Notes: generated from the sequence alone by a model not told the origin. DNA of 63,509 bases, filler included, from Asterionella formosa (GCA_002256025.1; 20 parts of 20 records of this genome joined end to end with filler, not necessarily neighbours in it), one strand, 5' to 3'. Numbered from the whole stretch's first letter, positions 25,219-37,980 are shown. Numbers and translations: made by a program.

Positions 25219-25488
25219 TAAGGGAGGCCTCTTCATTGTCCTGGATCTCCCCCTTATACTATAAACTCAGTCAAATTCATTCACGGCAGTGTACATTGGG
25301 GACCTTTGGTAGAATTTCACCAATGATGTGCGTAGGAGCACTATTATTATTCACACCATGACATGCCCTCAGAGCAGCGGTCTGAAGGNNNNNNNNNNNN
25401 NNNNNNNNNNNNNNNNNNNNNNNNNNNNNNNNTTAATTAATTAANNNNNNNNNNNNNNNNNNNNNNNNNNNNNNNNNNNNNNNNNNNN

Positions 25489-26318
25489 CAATCTTTTGCG
25501 ATATGTCCGGCATGCTTGTTGCAATTGAAACACTTGACGCCTTTCGGAGGAGGCCTGTTTCCGTCGCCGTGTGTCTTGTTCTTGACTCGACAATCGGCTG
25601 CCTTGTGTCCTTGCTTGCCGCAAGAGCGGCAGAGTCCTTTGAACTTAGTTCCAAAGGCAGCAAGAGCAAGTTCGCCATCCGACTTTTCGTTCTTAAACTT
25701 GCGTTTGAAGAACGCACGTATCTTGGCCTTAAGGTCTTCTAGTGTTAGGGAGGGCATAGCCTCAACCATTGTCACCACTTCTGAGTACTCCTTAGGTAGT
25801 TTGTCAAGTATGTGGGCAATCATCTCGAGATCCTTCTTTTCGTAAGCAGAATCAATCGTCGCCATTCGATTCCTCAACAACTCGAGTTGGATGAACCACT
25901 CATCTGGGTCTTGCGTCTTCCCCTCACAGATGCACTTGTTGAACTGTCCTGAAAGTTGGATTAAGTCGCTTGTAGCATTAGGAACATAGCGAGCCTTGAG
26001 GTAGGTCCAAGCAAGGAATGCATCGCCGTCTTGATGATTCTTTGTCTTGGCTTGGTTAACCAAACCAAACGCAATCCCAGTGCAACTCATAATCAGGAGC
26101 TGGTATGCGCGATCGTTCATCTCGTAGATCTTCTTGACATCGTCTTTGTCTGTAGTTTCGTAGACAGCATCGCTGCATGGATTGGTATCCTTCATGTAGG
26201 CATTCTTGAATCCTCTTGTCTTGGCTAGTGCAAGTGTCTTCACACTCCACTCATGCCAATTGGCGTCCTCGCCATCAAACTTCACAAGGCGAATGGTCTC
26301 ACCTTTGTCTTCAGTCAT
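25489..26318 (-). mobile_element. Ty1/Copia gag, 3'-partial
   Basis: KFDGEDANWHEWS..AYQLLIMSC..AFGLV..DPDEWFIQLE..LPKEYSEVV, two CCHC knuckles. Confidence 0.85.
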
Positions 26319-26420
26319 GTTGCAAAACGAAGTTGATCCGCTTGCAAGCGTGTTAAATTCTTCTGCAGTCTGACTGCAATGCTAGCTCTTTCTAGACAAG
26401 CTCAGTGTATTAAAACCTTC

Positions 26421-26813
26421 TGTTCTAATCCCACCTTATTGTGAGCTTATTTGATCTATCTTGTAATCGTTCACATGACCAATTATTAAGGTTCTCTTCC
26501 CAAATTTGTATATAGATATTCATTGTGTTGTTAGACATTCAATTCTCAACTGACAACTCAACTCCACTCACTTAGTAGAACAATCGTGAATATTCAATGC
26601 TATCTGCATTGCGTATATACCTTTCCTTCATTGAAATATTGATTACTTAGAACATTCTCCATTCGAATATTTACCTTGGTTTGCTGATATAGTTCTTGGC
26701 AATCAATGCTGTTCAAATTCTCACAGCATTTCAATACGGGATTTTGGCTGGAATATTATTCAAGATTGATTAGTTCGACTGAACTAATATGCACGCAGTA
26801 CTAAATCTTGACA
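26421..26813 (-). mobile_element. Candidate 5' LTR of the adjacent Copia element
   Basis: Starts TGTCAAGA (same start as the LTR at 37872), ends ..GAACA about 100 bp upstream of the gag ATG. Confidence 0.5.
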
Positions 26814-27269
26814 TATTAACACATCGGTAAATCAAATCATATCAAATGAATAACATTAAATGGAAAAAATGAGAATGTAATAATGTGCATGCTACTTAAT
26901 GTGGTAGTAATAAAGTAAACACGTCGTTGTGGATTTCCACCAGTACATCAATCAATAAGCATTTTGTTGAAAATGTGGGTCACTGAAAGTTCGACAATAT
27001 GCCTCATATATTCTGTTGATCATTGTATGAGCACTTTAACCACAACTACCGGTAATCTGCTCTGTAACTTACCCAATAATAAAATCATTTATTCCTCCCC
27101 CTCTCAAGCCTTGTACATAGCCTGACTGACTTTCTCTCTGCAATTCCAACTTCACAAAGTCCTTGCGACTTTGTTGGAGCCTTGCTGGGGGGATTACATG
27201 CAGTTGCTTGTAGGCCAGAACCATAATGAGGTCCAACTCTAATTGCAAATCGTTGCCTGCTTGTTAATT

Positions 27270-27832
27270 GTTGAATTTCCCCTCAACATTCACACTACTT
27301 CCTGTTGTAGATGGTGCTGTCATGTCCATTGGAACCACCACAACTGGAGGAACGCCATCACCACTAAACCTTCATGGACAAGCAAATAGTTTTTTGCATG
27401 GTACATGGTTATGAACACTTTTCCCCAACCACACCCATTCCAAATATCAGGATAGAAATGGATATGAACTACAAACTGCGAAAGCAAGGCATTTTTCAAC
27501 CTTGGCAAAGATGTTGCAAGTGTATCAGGGGTGAATCTTTGGATCTGGGAGCATAGCCTTTCCTGTTGAGTAAATTATACCCAGCACACCAACATACCAT
27601 ACTAGAAGATTCCAATCGCCAATCTTGAAGTGAATTAAAAAAGCATTGGTAAGTGCAGCAAAGACCAATAAAAGTGCTCCAAGTGAACCACCCACGAGCA
27701 CCAAATTCTTCCAAAAGTCGTCACAATTTCAGACTGAGTAAAACAATTCAAATAATTTGGTGTATATGAAGGCTCAAGACGATGCTCAAGAAAGTGTGGC
27801 AGTCTGTTGAATTCACGCAACAACCACTTTGA
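27270..27832 (-). pseudogene. ATG9: ATG9 (autophagy protein 9) fragment, disrupted
   Basis: Hand translation KWLLREFNRLPHFLEHRLEPSY..YLNCF / LVGGSLGALLLVFAAL..WNLLVWYVGVLGIIYSTGKAMLP / HIHFYPDIWNG. Frameshifts and a TGA. Confidence 0.75.
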
Positions 27833-28365
27833 GTTCAGGCTCTATCCTTTCGGTCACACATTCTGTTTGGTTGACTTCCACTCCCAGCAACAGATCCGTC
27901 CTCAACTTGTCTTGAATCCCAGAATCAGCCATGTTTTGCGGCGGCTGGTCCGCGGTGTGAACGGTTTGGTACATAGCCTGAAATGCAACGGAAGCGACCG
28001 ACCTTCGGTTGGTGACGGCATTTTGCAGTGCTTGGAGGGCGATGCTTCCACGTGACGGATGTACCATGTGCTGTTGAATCCGCAGGATTGTTGCTGTGTT
28101 GTGTTCGATGGGATCAGGTGTGAGCGAGCAGGGCATACTGTGTTGCTTGCCATCTTTTGCCTTACCATTCGAAAGTCCATCATCCTCGTGTGTCAATCTC
28201 GCGTCCATGCATCCTTGTATGGAATAGCGGCGAGTATCATTAACAGTGATTATTACAGTTGAGACGGGTTAAAGGAACTTTAAGAATGAAGTAATTATGG
28301 ACTACCGAAATTATCGGTAGATAGAACGTACCCGGTATACAGGTATTGATCTCCTTTTCCTTGCT

Positions 28366-28485
28366 GGTAGAATTTTCTTGAAAAAATCAATGTTAACCCT
28401 AACCTAGTTATTATGATGAGGTAGAATATACTACCCAAACGAGGGAAAAAATTCTACCAAAAATTCTACAAGGTAGAATTTTGAG
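28366..28485. mobile_element. GGTAGAAT/ATTCTACC motif cluster, homologous to the Crypton-like end at 51208-51330
   Basis: Same order, orientation and similar spacing of motifs as in the Crypton contig. Confidence 0.5.
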
Positions 28486-29677
28486 CTGGTACATACCTCA
28501 TACTGACCACGTAAATATTTGCCAATACCTTGGAGGTATTTTCTGTCCTCAGTAGAAGACTACCGAGGCCTANNNNNNNNNNNNNNNNNNNNNNNNNNNN
28601 NNNNNNNNNNNNNNNNTTAATTAATTAANNNNNNNNNNNNNNNNNNNNNNNNNNNNNNNNNNNNNNNNNNNNGTTAGTATCATAGATGATGGATCATTCA
28701 GAAAATACCTTTGTACTTAGTTTTGTCTCTACCGGTACATCGTCAATACCAATGCTTTTCAAATGTAGTTACCGGTAGAATAATTATACATAAATGTATC
28801 TGTACATGTATTATGTGATTTGAATTTGCAGACAACCGCCTGGGTGGTAGCTGTATGCCTATACGTAGACTATATTACCGGTACCGTACCGTTACCGCGG
28901 AGCATCGGTATGTCACACAAGTGGTAGGGGTGTGTACTTGCTCGAAAGTTTTTCTTACTATGGACGGTACTTAGGAGGTGCGTATCAGGACTGACTACTG
29001 GTACCAGGTACCAGGTGCCAAGTACCTGTACCGCTACACAACGTACCTCTAGACACGCTCTTGGATAAAGACAGCTAAATCTTATGCTCAGCAAAATTCC
29101 CGCAACCTTCTGGTAATACTGCAATCAAAAAGCCGGTAAGTCATGTGTACATAAAATACTGGGACAAATGGTTTACTGCTTCATACATGAACACCATATC
29201 TTCTTTTACACTTCGGCAGACGAGCGAAACAAAGATAAGTCTCCCACTACCAGGTACCTTGCATGTACCGGTAGTTGTATAGTACCAGGTACCAGGGTAC
29301 AAGGTTGGAGTATGTAGCAGGTAGGTATGGCTGTATTTAGACTACCGGTATACGCGGGGTACGTACCATGTACAGTCTACGGTACTCCTCGAAGGTCCTG
29401 CAGTTGAGAAATATACCGGTACCGTTAGTTTGTAAGATTTCATTGTAGGAACCAGCGTTTTCCATGCCTTCATTGGTAAGAGTAAAATAAGCGACGCGGC
29501 AACGGAGTCGACCAGATACACGGCACGGCAAGCAACATAGCATTCACAGCATAACAGTATTTGCGGTTTATAAATCGCTGTACGACCGACTTCCAAACAA
29601 ACAGCTTAATCTCTCATTTATATTGCGCTTATCATCCTTCCTTCCATACCGGTAGCTAGGTACGTAAGTAAAAATAT

Positions 29678-30196
29678 ATGTATCTCATGATGAACTCTCT
29701 CACCTGTGACAATGACGAGATGAGCACCTCTTCATCCGATGCTATGGACGACACTTTGCCACAAGAAGAATCTCCTTCGGCAGCCCCTGGTACTCTCGTC
29801 CTTTTGAAAAATTCTTGGAATCGACTGGATCAAACGACGTTTCATGGGTACGCATCGAATTCCAAGCGCCAGCAGTACTTGAAGGATATAGTACAATTGA
29901 GGAAAGGGGAACACGCCTACTATTCATTGGGAGGTGACGAACGACAGCAGTTTGGAGCGTTGTTCACGTCGCTGAATAGTAAACTTCAAGAAAGTTTCGT
30001 TCATTTTGCCTCGCAATGCTTACACGAAAATCGAATCATGGCTGATTCCGATTTGCATTCCATGGTGCTTCAAGAGAAGGGTAAGAGGGAAACTGGACCT
30101 GTACCTTGTTTGGGAGCAGTGCATCAGTGCCAGCGACCTAGCAAGAGGGCCAGGGATTCGTACTTCTGGTTGCAAGGGATTCACTGTTTTGATTAA
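29678..30196 (+). CDS. Hypothetical protein
   Basis: 172-aa ORF downstream of a GGTACC-rich region. No recognised motif, and the 3' end may be spliced or frameshifted. Confidence 0.35.
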   Translation: MYLMMNSLTCDNDEMSTSSSDAMDDTLPQEESPSAAPGTLVLLKNSWNRLDQTTFHGYASNSKRQQYLKDIVQLRKGEHAYYSLGGDERQQFGALFTSLNSKLQESFVHFASQCLHENRIMADSDLHSMVLQEKGKRETGPVPCLGAVHQCQRPSKRARDSYFWLQGIHCFD

Positions 30197-31035
30197 AGCA
30201 GATGCTCTTTCAATGAAAGTCAATCACACGGCACAAAAGGGGATACAGAAAGAATAGTTAGAAACGAACAAGGTTTCATATCATGTCATTTTGAGCTATT
30301 TGGGATACAAAAGAAATGATTAGAATAGACAAAAAGGGTAATATCATAATCCCGGAAACAACATATCGTTTGAATATTTAGGAATATTCTTTGCCTTGGC
30401 TCGACTATGTTATCAGCAACCTGATGAAGTCTACATCATCGAGTCCTGATGTTCCCCATTACACAGGAAACAACGAGTATTTTCTTCAATGAAATAAGCG
30501 GCCTTCTGCTCGTAATGTCAGGTTCAACTGTCTACCGAAGAAACTGGCTCTGTTGGTATGGACTACATTTCCCCGACAGAAGGCAGCAAGAGTGGACTAG
30601 TATTCCGTGTAGAATATTTGTCTTACCGTCAGGTAATACCGATATTAGTCTGATACCACTATCAGGTACCGCAAACCAAGTTTGCTGCTATATTGTTTGA
30701 AGTTGAGTTAACACACAGTGTGTTGTGCCGGGAGACTCTACTATTTGCTATTCCCGACACACCAATTTAGTAAGCATGCCATGTCAGCTCGTTGCTTTCC
30801 AAAACAACATGCAGAACACGGCAGTAAAATACTGGGACTCATGGTAGTTTGTCTAGTCTATTATTTTCTGTTTGTCATTGTGCTGTATATATTGAGCTTG
30901 CATCGTATACGAGTGAGTTCTTATAAAATCTAAACGACCTGCTGGGAGGAAGCATTAGTTCTGGAGGAAGGTAAATGAATGCTCTCGACCCCGCTGAAAC
31001 GTATTTTACTCATCAACAGCAAAACTACGAGTGAA

Positions 31036-31515
31036 TCAACGCAGACTCTTGATGATGAAATCCAACCAGTTTCCAAGGATCACAGCAGAACGAACGAGTA
31101 GGATGACGGAGATAAGATTCAATAAAATCATTTCCCCGGAAAAGACTGCCAGAATGATAATTGCTGCAATACCGAGGGCCGTGTTCGATTTCCAAAACGG
31201 CGAAGTTTCTTGGATGAGATGCTGATTTTCTTCGCTGGGAAATTCATAGGATGGTAAGCGCGGGACTGTCGATACAATGATTGGTTGGTGCCTCAGCCGC
31301 TGTTGTCTTTGGACTTCAGATGACCGTATTTTTCGGTGGCGTGTTAGAGTAGAGAGGGACGAATGTGCTTGTGATAAGTCCCGGAGATGGCCTTGAGATC
31401 TCGGGCCAACCTTTCTCCACTTTTGATTGTGCTGGTATTTTCGTTGCGGTGCCACTTTCATTGCCAGCGGTTTATCTTTCCTGTTTTGAATGGGTTTCAG
31501 TGTCTCAGTCTGCAT
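31036..31515 (-). CDS. Hypothetical membrane protein
   Basis: 159-aa ORF with a hydrophobic C-terminal third. Confidence 0.3.
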   Translation of the reverse strand: MQTETLKPIQNRKDKPLAMKVAPQRKYQHNQKWRKVGPRSQGHLRDLSQAHSSLSTLTRHRKIRSSEVQRQQRLRHQPIIVSTVPRLPSYEFPSEENQHLIQETSPFWKSNTALGIAAIIILAVFSGEMILLNLISVILLVRSAVILGNWLDFIIKSLR

Positions 31516-31960
31516 CCTTGGATATTTTTTTCTCTAAACAGCTGTGGTATATGTAGTTTATTCTTCCAATTTGAGAACTTGCCATTGCTGGTTTCTGATA
31601 AACTTTGTGAGTGATACATCTGATCTGTCCTTAGGGTTTTGTAACTGAGTTCAAATCAATGTGGAATGTAGTCACAGAATGAAGTTCATGCACTTGTTCT
31701 CGCCTTTTTTGCTGACACTTGGTGTTCTCAATTTTCGTATTCTTGTTGCCATCTGNNNNNNNNNNNNNNNNNNNNNNNNNNNNNNNNNNNNNNNNNNNNT
31801 TAATTAATTAANNNNNNNNNNNNNNNNNNNNNNNNNNNNNNNNNNNNNNNNNNNNTGACACCAGTTACCTCCTGGGCATGCAATGACGTGTGGCACCGAA
31901 TCCAGGTCAATGTTTAGTGATATATTTGTTTGGTTTCACCTCCCATGTATTCGAGGGGAC

Positions 31961-32256
31961 TGAACGAATATTGCAGTGCAGTGTGGGCGCATGGGTGCTC
32001 GTACCATGTCATATGGTACAGTGTACTCGAATAAATACGCTAGTGTGGTCAGCAGAACAACTTACATGGTGCACAAGGAAAGAAAGATAAAGGTTGAAAA
32101 GATAGACTTAAAGATACATATACCTACTCCGCATTCTCTGCTCCAAGCTTGCACGCTGTACTATCGCGAAAGCACTCTAACGGCTAGTTAGTACCCTGAA
32201 CTGTATGACACGGTACGCTCACCCACGCGCCCATACTGCACTGCAATATTCGTTCA
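31961..32256 (-). mobile_element. Copia 3' LTR (296 bp) with long inverted termini
   Basis: Follows the PPT GAGGGGAC downstream of the pol stop. Begins TGAACGAATATTGC and ends GCAATATTCGTTCA. Confidence 0.75.
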
Positions 32257-32423
32257 GTCCCCTCGAATACATGGGAGGTGAAACCAAACAAATATATCAC
32301 TAAACATTGACCTGGATTCGGTGCCACACGTCATTGCATGCCCAGGAGGTAACTGGTGTCATAGGTTGTGACATCGCGATGAACCTTGGCTTCAATCTTC
32401 GACCCACTGTGATCCAACAGCCA

Positions 32424-34938
32424 TCAATACATGAACTTGTCGCACAAATACTCTCGTGTAATTTGGGGTAATGGCTTCGTCAGCACATCAGCCAAATTAG
32501 TCTTTCTATCTTCCTTCGTTACCCGAATCATCCCTGCCGCCACAGCTTCTCTCGCTCTGTGATACACTATCGCATTATGTTTCTTTTTCAAAGTCGATTC
32601 TGGATGAATCGTGTTCTTCGTCACCGCCTCGTTGTCGCAGAAAACGTTAGTTGGTCCATCGATTGGGATTCCAAACATTCTCAGCTTATACCTCAATGCC
32701 TCGATCAGTTCGACCGAGATCTTCAAAGCCACAAATTCGCTACCAAATGTCGATGTCTCGACAGTGTTCTGTCGCTTACTGTACCATATAATTGGAGCCC
32801 GATTCACAAAAATCAGTATCCCGGTCTGCGAGCGCCTCGTCACCCGATTCCCCGCATGATCCGCATTCACAAAACAGTGAGTAGTTACAACATTACCTCT
32901 GGGCTTGGGTGCGTCCCCTGGAATAGACTCCTGCGCTCCCCTGTAAAAGTCGTGCCAATCGCATTTAACAAACCTGGACTCGTTTATATTGGGTTGTATC
33001 GGATCAAAGATCAATGTCCTCTTGGGTTTCGCTTTCAAATATCCGAACATGTGATATACCTGTTGTAAGTGTCCGCTCCTCGGCAACGCTAGGTGAGTAG
33101 ATAACATAGAAACTTCCATAGCAATGTCTATTCGTCCAAGCTCCACTGCCCAGCGGAGCACGCCGATCAATTCCTGGTAGTATCTCACGCCTTCAATCTT
33201 GAGTTTGGCAGAAGTATCCAGCTCCGGTCTATAATTCCCCTGCAATGGGGTAGTGCACCTCGTTGGAAGCCGCTAACCCGACTCGTCGAGTTTGAGCTCT
33301 ACGTTGGCGATGGCCGCCTTGACATACTGCTCAGAAGTCATGGCCCAACATTCAACTCCGCCGACTATTTTCTGCATTACCTGGGCTCCCAGGTAATTTT
33401 CCGGCTTCTCGACTTTATCGTCCTTCCATTTGAAGGTCGACTGTATCCTCGCTAAAGGCTGCGCTGAAATGCAAAGAATGTCATCAACATATACAAGAAT
33501 CATTTCGTGATACTCAAAACCATCCTGTTTTACCGCCGGTCGAATCCATACATCAGGGTCCCCTTTCGTGGGCAAGTAACCCAAATCATGGAGGGTTTAT
33601 GCGAGATGCGCTCTGAATGCCGCACCGCTAGATTTGAGCCCATACAGCGCTTTCTTCACCACCATGGTAGCTCCCGCTTCCGACCCAAATTCCGGCCCTG
33701 CAATTATGTAAATTTTCTCTCTGCAATCTGCGGTTAGATAAGCGTTTTGAATATCGCAAGCAAGAAGTTGTAAGTCGTTCAATGAAGCAACCAATAAGGC
33801 AATGCGCACTGAGTCCCTCGACACAACTGACGAATACGTCAGGGCTGCGGGCGTTTCCGTCCGGCTGCCGTCAGCAACTAGTCTCGCCTTACGCCGAAAG
33901 TTTTCGCCCATTTTGATGTCGAACACGAAATGACACCTTATCTTTTGGTACCCTGGCGGAAGGTCTCCCTCTCGCTTTTCCCACTTTTCAAATGCCGGTC
34001 GCACGTTTTTCATTTCCTTGCAGATGGCGTCCCACCATAATGTGTTGCCATTGGCTTTATCAATCGCTAACGCCTCTTCGACGGACTTCGGTATCCGTAT
34101 ACCGTATTTGTGAGTTCGCTGCCAATACTTAGACTTTACCTTCGCTAGGACTCGGTCCTGTTTCTTTAGAAGAGTCGGCACCCACCATGCAAACGCCGCC
34201 TCGTCATCAATACGATTAGCAATTGAGTACTCCGCCACCTGTATGGGGTACGATTGCTTCATATCCTTAAGTGCAACCCAAGTGGTACTCTCATCCCTCC
34301 ATTAGCACAGGAGTTGCCACCCTTGAGTCGTCTGTCTCCGCCGCTTGACACCGGTAGACATTGTGATGAACGCGTCCTCTTTGTCAAGTGCCGTCGCATT
34401 CCGCCTATGATCGATAATGTCGTCGAGAAGTACGTGTCGTTCGCCCTCCTCGTCTATCTGTGAAAACAAATTCTGAGCAATAAGGTCAGAGGACAATGCC
34501 TCTGAGTGTCCATCAAAGAACTCGACCTCATACTCTCTGGTGTCAAGCAAAGGATTTTCGTGAGCCTTGCCGATAGGTCTACCATCGGCGTCGCGCAATC
34601 TCTTGGTGACTCTGCCAAATTGAACACCGTCGTTGTCATCTCCAGCGCCCCTCGCTATCGCTATCGCTATCTCTTTGTTGAGGTATGTATCCTCGAAAAT
34701 ATCGGGCGTGAAAGTGTCATCGGCATCTGGTATTTGGTGATTAAACAACATTGTTTATCTCTTCGCCGAATACTGAGTTGTCCTGCAGATCCGAGTATTC
34801 ATCCCAATCCTGCAATTGTCGCTCCTCCTTGTCGCCTGCATTTTGGTGGTTGTCTTCACGCATTATTTCCTTTATCCTCTCATTGTACTCCTTGCATCTG
34901 TCGTTGACCTCGCTAGTTGTCAGTTCAAGGTGAGTGAT
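32424..34938 (-). mobile_element. Ty1/Copia (CoDi-like) pol: integrase C-terminus, RT, RNase H, with nonsense stops
   Basis: RKARLVADG, ACDIQNAYL, ALYGLKSSG, YVDDIL, WYSKRQNTVETSTFGSEF, NLADVLTK. Stops at about 34302, 33597 and 33273. Confidence 0.95.
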
Positions 34939-35038
34939 NNNNNNNNNNNNNNNNNNNNNNNNNNNNNNNNNNNNNNNNNNNNTTAATTAATTAANNNNNN
35001 NNNNNNNNNNNNNNNNNNNNNNNNNNNNNNNNNNNNNN

Positions 35039-37980
35039 AGGCGAAAGCACGCGCAGTACCCAAGATGACGCAAGAGAAGGCTACGACACCAGGAGAAAGA
35101 CTGTTTATTGATATTAGCGGACCCTACGCAAAATCCGCTGTGGGAAATCAGTATTGGGTGATGGCCGTGGACGATTATACAAGGAAACGCTGGAGTTATT
35201 TTATCAAGAAGAAAAGTGACATTGGAACTGTCATTGGAGCGTTACTAACAAAACTTGCAGGTGCAGGACACAAGACTAAATTTGTCCGATGTGATGACGC
35301 AGGTGAGAACTCCAAGCAACTAAAGAAAGTATGCGAAAACCAAGGTGTCAAGATGGAATTTACGGCACCTCATACTCCGCAGCACAACAGTGTTGTGGAA
35401 CGTGGTTTTGATACAGTGCGTCAGAGAGCACTCGCAATGATGCTAAGTGCGAAGTTCACAGATGAATATCAGGGGCAATTGTGGGGAGATGCGGTACATA
35501 CTGCGACAAGATTGACGAACAGTACAGTGAATTCAGTGACTAAGAAGAGTGCTGATGATGTGTTCTATGGAGAAACGAATACAAGGAGGCCCTACAAGCT
35601 CTACAGGCAATTTGGACGTGTTGGTTGGGTTACTATAAGAGAAGGTGTCAAGAAATTAGATGCACGTTCCATCAAGTGTGTCTTTTTGGGATACTCAGAT
35701 GACCACTCTCGAGATACGTATCGCATGTATAATCACGAGACAAATACTGTGGTCAATACACGTGACGTAAAGTGGAGTGAGTGGCATGGAACAAACGTAC
35801 CAACGGATGGACTAGAGAAAATGTTCAAACCAGTCACCAACCAACAGGATACGGAGATATCATTACGAGAAGATAATGAAGAGTTACATGACGATTTTTA
35901 CGACGAGTTCGACCCTCGAGAAGTGTCCGATAATGAAGATGAAGATGATGACAAGCAAGAATTGGGGAGGAAAACTGAACAATCAACTAAGATAGATGGT
36001 ACTACGAAATACGAGGTTACAGGTACCAATACCCCAATTGTGAATGCTAAACGTGCGGAAAGTGCTCAGTCTAAGCAAACGAAGTTGGCACGTGAAATGC
36101 GAAGATTGGACTCATCGTTCAATCCAACGAGTACGAAAATTGTGAAAATTTCAGGACATACTGAGATGCCTGGTGTTATTGAGGAGGATAACATGAAGGA
36201 AATTACGAAGAATACACAGGTGAATTTTGTGTACAACGCAAGTCTGGCTTCTGACCCAGGATTACCAACAAGCTACGATGAAGCAATGGGGGCAAGACCA
36301 GTCAAGAAAGAGTGGATCGAGGCGATCAACAAAGAATATGAAAACTTCCAGTCGAGAGGAGTGTGGAAAGTTGTCAAACGTGATACTGTTAAGAAGCAAA
36401 CACTAAAAACGAGATGGGTGTTTCGATTTAAACAAGATGTGTTAACCGGGAAGACCATTTACAAGGCGAGATTGGTCGTGAAGGGATATGAGCAAATCCC
36501 AGGTGTCGATTTTACTGAGACATTTGCTCCAGTTGCAAGCGATGCGACAATCAAAACGGTACTCACAGTGACGATGTACAACGGTTGGCGAGCGGAGGCT
36601 ATTGATGTGGAAGCAGCATTTCTAAATGCTGAAGTCGATGAGGACATTTATATTGAGTCCCCTCAAGATTTGACTGGAGTTGATTCCAATACACATGTTT
36701 GCAAGCTTGTGAAGGCTATGTAAGGGATGGTACAAGCTCCACGATGCTGGTCCAGGACGTTTGTGAAATGTGTCACCAATAAACCAGGTATGACGAAGAG
36801 CAAGATCGACCCTATGTTATTTATGCACCGGAACAAGGATGGACAAATTGATGGTCTACTTGTTAATTACGTGGATGACGGTATTGTATGTGGGACTCCA
36901 AGTGCAGTGGAGTACCGGTATATGAAAAATGTTATTAAGGAAGATTTCAATATTACCGAGCAGGGTATTCTACAGAAACACCTAGGAGTGGAATATGCTT
37001 GGAAAGAGGACAAGTATCGTGAATACTGGGAGGTGCAGATGCAGAAATTTCGTATGCAACTTCTACACGAATACGAGAAGTTGACCGGTATGAAATTTAA
37101 GTCGTATGCAACACCGGGCGTACCAGGAAAGACATTGAACAAGAATGACGGTGAAGTCATTATGGAAGGAGAATATCGAAAAATTGTGGGCAAGTTACTA
37201 TGGTCTACAAAGAAGGATTCGCCGGACTGTGGTGCAAATGCGGTTCGGGAACTATCGGCTCATTTAAGCTGCCCAGGTGAAGAACAATGGCATGCAGTGG
37301 CAAGAGTCATTGGTTACCTATCCAATATGGAGGATAGAGTTCTCAAGTTGCGTAAGCCAAAAGAGTTAAGAGTCATTGCCTAAGTGGAAAGTGACTGGGC
37401 TGCTAATAAGGTTAACAGGAAGAGCACGACTGGCTATCTTGTTACTATTGGCGGGGCACTTATCAGTTGGCAGTCGAAGGGACAACAAACGGTTACGCTG
37501 TCCAGCACGGAAGCCGAGTATGTGGCGATGTCCCAGTTTGGACATGAGATCAAGTTTATAGCAATGCTACTGAATGAGGTTACTGGTGGTAAGGTCATGT
37601 TACCAAGTATCCTACGAGAAGACAATACAGGAGCTATTTTTATCGCGAAGAATCAGCAAATCGGAACCAGGACAAAACATATTGATATTAAGTATCATCA
37701 TGTAAAGGACATGATTGAGGATGAAGAATTGGAAGTCATTTTTATAAGGTCGGAAGATAATTTTGCGGACATTATGACCAAGAACGTGAAGGAACAGGTT
37801 CATACGAGATTGTCCGAACCAGTTCAGAGTGGAACGATGTTACAGCCTCTTGAGCGTGGCAATGGGGAGGATGTCAAGAATATTAGCCCGAGTCACAAGG
37901 ATTGTGGACTCGATTGTAATCGAACGAGTCGAATATTGCATTGCCACGTCAATCAGCTGTCTAACGAGATCAGAGATTGA
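35039..37980 (+). mobile_element. Ty1/Copia pol (INT-RT-RNase H), two nonsense stops
   Basis: LFIDISGP, VRCDDAGE, TPQHNSVVER, YKARLVVKGYEQ, YVDDG, TLSSTEAEY, ADIMTK. TAA at 36721 and 37381. Confidence 0.95.

Noticed and set aside
28393..28406. Telomeric TAACCC repeat
   Set aside because: Fewer than two full units and internal to the contig.
36721..37383. Programmed stop read-through in Copia pol
   Set aside because: The sister copy at 42457-44473 has Tyr at the first position (KAMYG), so these are most likely ordinary nonsense mutations.
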